A stretch of DNA of 31,327 nucleotides from Patescibacteria group bacterium (lineage in GTDB: Bacteria > Patescibacteriota > Minisyncoccia > Phycocordibacterales > CAIRYW01), in assembly GCA_030917145.1 (NCBI GenBank), contig JAUPVJ010000041.1:1-31327 (forward strand), written 5' to 3'. The position numbers were made by a program, and so were the translations under genes. The notes beneath the pieces are model-generated. The model worked only from the letters and a program-made list of their open reading frames with translations. It searched no databases and was not told the DNA's origin. Shown one piece after another: positions 27,304 to 31,327 of the stretch; the stretch's first letter is position 1; every line of letters begins with the position of its first letter.

Positions 27304-27331
27304 TTGACTAAATTTTGTTTTAGGGTATTAT
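27304..27331 (+). promoter_or_regulatory. Promoter of orphan unit 2
   Basis: TTGACT-16-TATTAT. Confidence 0.6.
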
Positions 27332-27337
27332 CCTTTT

Positions 27338-27628
27338 CGGCATAAACGGTTAGGGCGCAGACAAACCACCAAAGTGAAATATCTGGAAGTGGTCCTGCAT
27401 TTAGGGTTCGATTCCCTTAGACCGGATCGAGAAATAGTTCTTTGTACCCAGTATAGGTTGGGAGACTACGATATTCCAGTTTCGGCTGGGGTTGAGTCGC
27501 AAATGTAATACCACCTGCAAGGAATGAAAAGTATCCACGCTATCAAAGCTTCGGCTGAGACGAACGGCGGTCTTTTCAAGATTATTGCTAAGCCGGTCGA
27601 TGGCAACATCGACCGGCTTCTCTCTTTT
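27338..27628 (+). other. Orphan transcription unit 2: 44-codon GTG ORF (27374-27508) and/or RNA with a T-loop hairpin
   Basis: Bounded by a promoter and a terminator. ORF MKYLEVVLHLGFDSLRPDREIVLCTQYRLGDYDIPVSAGVESQM; aggg-TTCGATT-ccct at 27403-17. Confidence 0.4.
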
Positions 27629-27629
27629 T
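27590..27629 (+). terminator. Terminator ending orphan unit 2
   Basis: aagccggtcgatg-gcaa-catcgaccggctt perfect 13-bp stem followed by ctctcttttt. Confidence 0.85.
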
Positions 27630-27654
27630 ATATTTATGCTATCTTGGTATTTAT

Positions 27655-27690
27655 GACTTATCACTTATCAACTTTCAACTCATAACTTTC
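27655..27690 (+). repeat. Degenerate heptamer array in the trmD leader
   Basis: ACT cores at 27656, 63, 71, 78, 85. Confidence 0.55.
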
Positions 27691-27692
27691 TC

Positions 27693-28376
27693 ATGGTTTT
27701 CCACATAATCACATTATTTCCCGAACTTCTTTCCGGCTACCTGTCGGACTCTATTTTGGCGCGGGCAATTTCTGAAAAGAAAGTGTCTGTAAAATTTTAT
27801 AATCCTCGAGATTTTGTAAAAGTAAACAAATCACAAAAGGCGAAAGAAAAGCCATATCTACGTGTCGACGACAAACCGTATGGTGGTGGTCCAGGAATGG
27901 TGATTGAAGCACTTCCTATACTAAAAGCAGTTGAGGGCGCAAAAGCAAAAATTAAAAACCAGAAAGCAAAAATAAAAACTATATTTTTTTCTCCAGGAGG
28001 CAAAAAATTTGATACAGCTTATGCCAAAAACGTTTCTAAAAAATTCACAGATATAATTTTAATTTGCGGTCGTTATGAGGGGATCGATGCAAGAGTAAAA
28101 AAGATATTAAAAGCAGAAGAGGTTTCTGTAGGAGATTTTGTACTTACAGGAGGGGAAATCCCAGCAATGATTCTGATCGACTCAATTTCGCGACAAATCG
28201 AAGGGGTCTTGGGTAACTTTGATTCAAGAGAAGAAGAAAGGGTAGCAAGTTCTGAAGTTTACACTCGACCAGAAGTTTTAGAATATAAGGGGAAGAAATA
28301 CAAGGTACCGAAAGTTTTGCTTAGTGGGAACCACAAGAAAATTGAGGAGTGGAGAGGGAAGAAGTTTTCAGCTTAG
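27693..28376 (+). CDS. trmD: tRNA (guanine-N1)-methyltransferase
   Basis: FHIITLFPE, VDDKPYGGGPGMV, ILICGRYEGIDAR, VSVGDFVLTGGE, YTRP, VPKVLLSGNH. Confidence 0.98.
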   Translation: MVFHIITLFPELLSGYLSDSILARAISEKKVSVKFYNPRDFVKVNKSQKAKEKPYLRVDDKPYGGGPGMVIEALPILKAVEGAKAKIKNQKAKIKTIFFSPGGKKFDTAYAKNVSKKFTDIILICGRYEGIDARVKKILKAEEVSVGDFVLTGGEIPAMILIDSISRQIEGVLGNFDSREEERVASSEVYTRPEVLEYKGKKYKVPKVLLSGNHKKIEEWRGKKFSA

Positions 28377-28397
28377 AGCTTCTTGCTTTCAAGCTTT
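28370..28397 (+). repeat. Heptamer array after trmD
   Basis: agcttag agcttct tgctttc aagcttt. Confidence 0.75.
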
Positions 28398-28401
28398 AGA
28401 C

Positions 28402-28432
28402 AAAAAAATAGAGCAAAAGTTTTCCTTTGCTC
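28402..28432 (-). terminator. Terminator of the 54-aa ORF
   Basis: gagcaaa/tttgctc stem; the A-run at 28402-08 is a U-tract on the minus strand, immediately after the TAG. Confidence 0.7.
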
Positions 28433-28597
28433 CTAGGTCTCGTCAGTCTCGTCTGTCGAGTACGTCACAATCATGAAGCTTAGGCGGTCTACCCAAACGC
28501 TTGTTGCGTGGACTTTGATATTTTTACCCTCCAGCCATTTGGAATAGTTTTGGCATAGTTCCGCGGCGCTTCGGCCAGAAAAGAGCTCTGTTTTCAT
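28433..28597 (-). CDS. 54-aa microprotein, Cse60/DUF2758-like pattern (not in ORF track): MKTELFSGRSAAELCQNYSKWLEGKNIKVHATSVWVDRLSFMIVTYSTDETDET
   Basis: Hand translation; promoter TTGACA-18-TAGAGT(TGn) 9 nt upstream, terminator right after the stop. Family call made by eye only. Confidence 0.65.
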   Translation of the reverse strand: MKTELFSGRSAAELCQNYSKWLEGKNIKVHATSVWVDRLSFMIVTYSTDETDET

Positions 28598-28606
28598 AAC
28601 AAATGT

Positions 28607-28636
28607 ACTCTAACACAAATGTTTACATATTGTCAA
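28607..28636 (-). promoter_or_regulatory. Promoter of the 54-aa ORF
   Basis: Minus strand TTGACA(28636-31), 18-nt spacer, TAGAGT(28612-07). Confidence 0.6.
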
Positions 28637-28638
28637 GC

Positions 28639-28667
28639 TTGTGATAAAGTACGGGGAGGGGTATACT
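28639..28667 (+). promoter_or_regulatory. Candidate rpoB promoter, back-to-back with the microprotein promoter
   Basis: TTGTGA-17-TATACT with a G-rich spacer. Confidence 0.5.
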
Positions 28668-28839
28668 TTGCCCACATTCGAGCTGATTGAGTTTTTGAAG
28701 TTTATCGAATTTTTTATATTTAAAAGGAAAGCTTTGTAACTTCTATATTTCAAAAGAGAAAAAAACGACCGGGTTGTTTAACCGTGGCAGTTTCTTTTTG
28801 TTTTGAGTATGCAAAGCCGGACGTAACAAAATAAAGAGA

Positions 28840-31327
28840 ATGGCCAAAGACTTACAAGAAGGCAGACGCGGACTTGGTGAGAGTGCAAACACTCGCAACA
28901 AAAAGTACTTTAGCAGATTTAAAGAGCCACTGACTACGCTCCCAAACCTCATTGAGGGGCAGACAGATTCTTTCAATTGGTTAATTGAAAAAGGCTTGAA
29001 GGAAGTGTTCGATGAGTTTGGAAAAATTTCAGACTACACCGGAAAAAAGTTTGAATTTTCTTTTGGAAAATTTGAACTAGGTCAATCAAAGTCAGATGAG
29101 CAATTTGCTGTTGCAAACAAAGGTAACTACGAAGCTCCTTTGAAAGTGATGGTAAAACTCAAAAACAAAATCCTAAACTCTGAAAAAGAGCAGGAGGTTT
29201 TTATGGCTGACTTTCCAATCATGACTTCAAACGGAACTTTCATCATAAACGGTATTGAGCGAGTAATCGTTCCTCAGCTTGCTCGAAGTTTCGGAGTTTT
29301 CTTTACACAATCAGAAACTTCAAAAGGATTAAACTATTTTGGAGCAAAGATTATCCCTGCTCGTGGAGCTTGGGTAGAAATCGAAACTGACTCAGAAGGA
29401 GTGATGTACGTGCGAATCGACAGGAAAAGGAAGTTTCCTGTAACAGCACTTTTGAAAGCTTTTGGTGCAAAAACTCCAGAAGAGATCACTGCTTTGTTTA
29501 ACAACACTCCTCAAGTAAAAAAATATCTTGAAGCAACTCTTGCAAAAGATCACACAAAAACAGCAGAAGAAGCTGTGATGGAAATTCACAAAAAACTACG
29601 AGACGGAGACATGGCTACAGCTGACAACGCTCGTGAATATGTAACTTCTCTTTTTGATGAAGAGCGTTATGACCTTTCTCGAGTAGGACGACATCGATTC
29701 AATAAAAGATTTAATAAAGGGATGGATGAAAAATCCCTTGGACAAAAAACTCTTTCTCTAGACGATCTAAAATCTATCATTGTAAACTTAGCTGATCTAA
29801 ACAATGCACCTGACGCTGATGCTGACGATATTGATCACCTAGGATCTCGTCGAGTGCGATTTGTTGGAGAGCTTCTACAACAAAAAATTCGAGTTGGTAT
29901 GACTCAAATCAAGAGAAACATTCAAAACAGAATGTCTACAATCGACACAGAGTCTACTTTGCCAATTCAATTTATTTCTCCTCGACCTCTACAAGCTCGA
30001 ATCAAAGAATTCTTCACAACAAACCAACTTTCTCAGTTCATGCAACAAGAGAACGTTTTGACTGAGCTTGAACACTTACGAACAGTTTCTGCTCTTGGTC
30101 CCGGAGGACTTACTCGAGAGCGAGCTGGTTTTGAGGTTCGTGACGTACACTCTTCTCACTATGGAAGAATCTGTCCAATCCACACACCTGAAGGTCCAAA
30201 CATCGGTCTTGTGCTTCACCTTTCTTCATATGCAAGAATCAACGAGTTTGGAATGATCGAAACTCCATATGCAAAAGTAAAAAATGGAAAAGTTACAAAA
30301 GAAGTTTCTTATCTAAACGCTCTTGAAGAAGAAGGCTTTGTAATCGCTCACGCAGGAACTTCTTATGACAAAGCGGGAAATCTTTTAGATGAAAGTATTG
30401 AAGTTCGTGTAAAAGGAAAACCAAGTCTTGTTTCAAAAGAAGAAGTAGAGCTAATCGACGTTGCGACAAACCAAGCGTTTTCAATCGCAACAAGTATGAT
30501 TCCTTTCGTAAACCACGACGAAGCAAACCGAGCGCTGATGGCTTCAAACATGCAGAAACAAGCAACTCCTTGCGTGATCCCAGAAGCTCCTCTTGTAGCT
30601 ACAGGAATCGAAAGAAAAGCAGCTGAAGACACAAAGCGTGTAATTTTGGCTGAAGCAGACGGAGTTGTAGCAGAAGCTGACGCACGAAAAATCAAAGTAA
30701 AATACAAAGAAGCACTTTCAAACGGAAAGAAAGAAGCTGAATATTCTCTTGCACAATTCCAGCGAACAAACCAATTCACCGCTTACCACCAAAGACCACA
30801 AGTCTCTGTAGGGCAAGAAGTAAAGAAAGGAGATGTACTTGCTGACTCTTCTACAACTGTAGATGGAGAAATGTCTCTTGGACAAAACTGTTTGGTTGCT
30901 TTCATGACTCTAAACGGACAAAACTACGAAGATGCGATCGTGATTTCAGAACGCCTTGTAAAAAACAGTAAATTCTCTTCAATTCACATCGAGGAATTTG
31001 TGATCAATGTACGAGACACAAAACTAGGACCCGAAATCACAACTCATGACATTCCAAACGTTGGAGAAAACAAACTAAAAAATCTAGACGAAGATGGAAT
31101 TGTACGAATCGGTGCTGAAGTTCGACCAGGAGATATTTTGGTTGGAAAAATTACACCAAAAGGAGAAACTCAACTTACACCAGAAGAGCGACTTCTTCGA
31201 TCAATCTTCGGAGAAAAATCTCGAGATGTAAAAGACACATCAAAGAGAATGGAAAACGGAAAGAGAGGAAGAATCATCTCTGTAAAAGTTTTCTCTCGTG
31301 AAAAAGGAGACAAACTAGAAAGTGGAA
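28840..31327 (+). CDS. rpoB: RNA polymerase beta subunit, partial (runs off the window end; absent from the ORF track)
   Basis: Hand translation from ATG 28840: LPNLIEGQ, NGTFIINGIERVIV, DDIDHLGSRR, KEFF..QLSQFM, SALGPGGLTRERAGFEVRDVH, TPEGPNIGL, NRALMASNMQKQA, NYEDAIVIS, GDILVGKITPKGE. Confidence 0.98.
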   Translation, partial: MAKDLQEGRRGLGESANTRNKKYFSRFKEPLTTLPNLIEGQTDSFNWLIEKGLKEVFDEFGKISDYTGKKFEFSFGKFELGQSKSDEQFAVANKGNYEAPLKVMVKLKNKILNSEKEQEVFMADFPIMTSNGTFIINGIERVIVPQLARSFGVFFTQSETSKGLNYFGAKIIPARGAWVEIETDSEGVMYVRIDRKRKFPVTALLKAFGAKTPEEITALFNNTPQVKKYLEATLAKDHTKTAEEAVMEIHKKLRDGDMATADNAREYVTSLFDEERYDLSRVGRHRFNKRFNKGMDEKSLGQKTLSLDDLKSIIVNLADLNNAPDADADDIDHLGSRRVRFVGELLQQKIRVGMTQIKRNIQNRMSTIDTESTLPIQFISPRPLQARIKEFFTTNQLSQFMQQENVLTELEHLRTVSALGPGGLTRERAGFEVRDVHSSHYGRICPIHTPEGPNIGLVLHLSSYARINEFGMIETPYAKVKNGKVTKEVSYLNALEEEGFVIAHAGTSYDKAGNLLDESIEVRVKGKPSLVSKEEVELIDVATNQAFSIATSMIPFVNHDEANRALMASNMQKQATPCVIPEAPLVATGIERKAAEDTKRVILAEADGVVAEADARKIKVKYKEALSNGKKEAEYSLAQFQRTNQFTAYHQRPQVSVGQEVKKGDVLADSSTTVDGEMSLGQNCLVAFMTLNGQNYEDAIVISERLVKNSKFSSIHIEEFVINVRDTKLGPEITTHDIPNVGENKLKNLDEDGIVRIGAEVRPGDILVGKITPKGETQLTPEERLLRSIFGEKSRDVKDTSKRMENGKRGRIISVKVFSREKGDKLESG

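Noticed and set aside
27344-27430. Possible tRNA gene or permuted tmRNA around GGTTCGATTCC
   Set aside because: Only a 4-bp T-stem; no 7-bp acceptor stem, D-arm, anticodon arm or CCA; no G3-U70 alanine identity. Kept only as a tRNA-like motif.
27401-27664. 87-aa minus-strand ORF in the khpA-trmD gap
   Set aside because: Runs through a plus-strand terminator and the heptamer array, with no minus-strand promoter or terminator seen.
27374-27685. RimM remnant (MKYLEV start resembles some RimM N-termini and it sits in the rimM slot)
   Set aside because: No G-x-I-x-x-x-H-G-x-x-G-E motif or PRC-barrel similarity beyond five residues.

Overview
AT-rich bacterial window read in the standard code (TGA used as stop). 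Gene content and style point to Patescibacteria/CPR, most likely Parcubacteria; this is an inference from the shortened PheS/PheT/ThrS, the NusB-NUDIX fusion, the short SMC, rpsP-khpA-trmD without rimM, and the near absence of Shine-Dalgarno sites. Housekeeping genes: pheS, pheT, an rRNA pseudouridine synthase, an HI0933-family flavoprotein, gyrB, thrS, dnaE, rnhB, rpmF, nusB(+NUDIX), rnc, smc, rpsP, khpA, trmD and a partial rpoB that is missing from the ORF track. Envelope genes: a processive GT2, a membrane thioredoxin-like protein, a hyper-acidic secreted repeat protein, YceI, LapA-like, CapA-like, a His-rich CARDB protein and a sortase. Reading the intergenic DNA reveals (i) a series of tiny, higher-GC promoter-ORF-terminator cassettes, several below the ORF-track cutoff; (ii) an exact boxA overlapping the start codon of nusB-NUDIX; (iii) a heptamer-periodic 28-bp hairpin in front of rnc and REP-like GTAA hairpins behind it; (iv) two promoter-to-terminator units where rimM normally sits, possibly ncRNAs; (v) many leaderless-type promoters. 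No CRISPR array, tRNA, rRNA or transposase was found. All alignments were done by eye; no searches were run.
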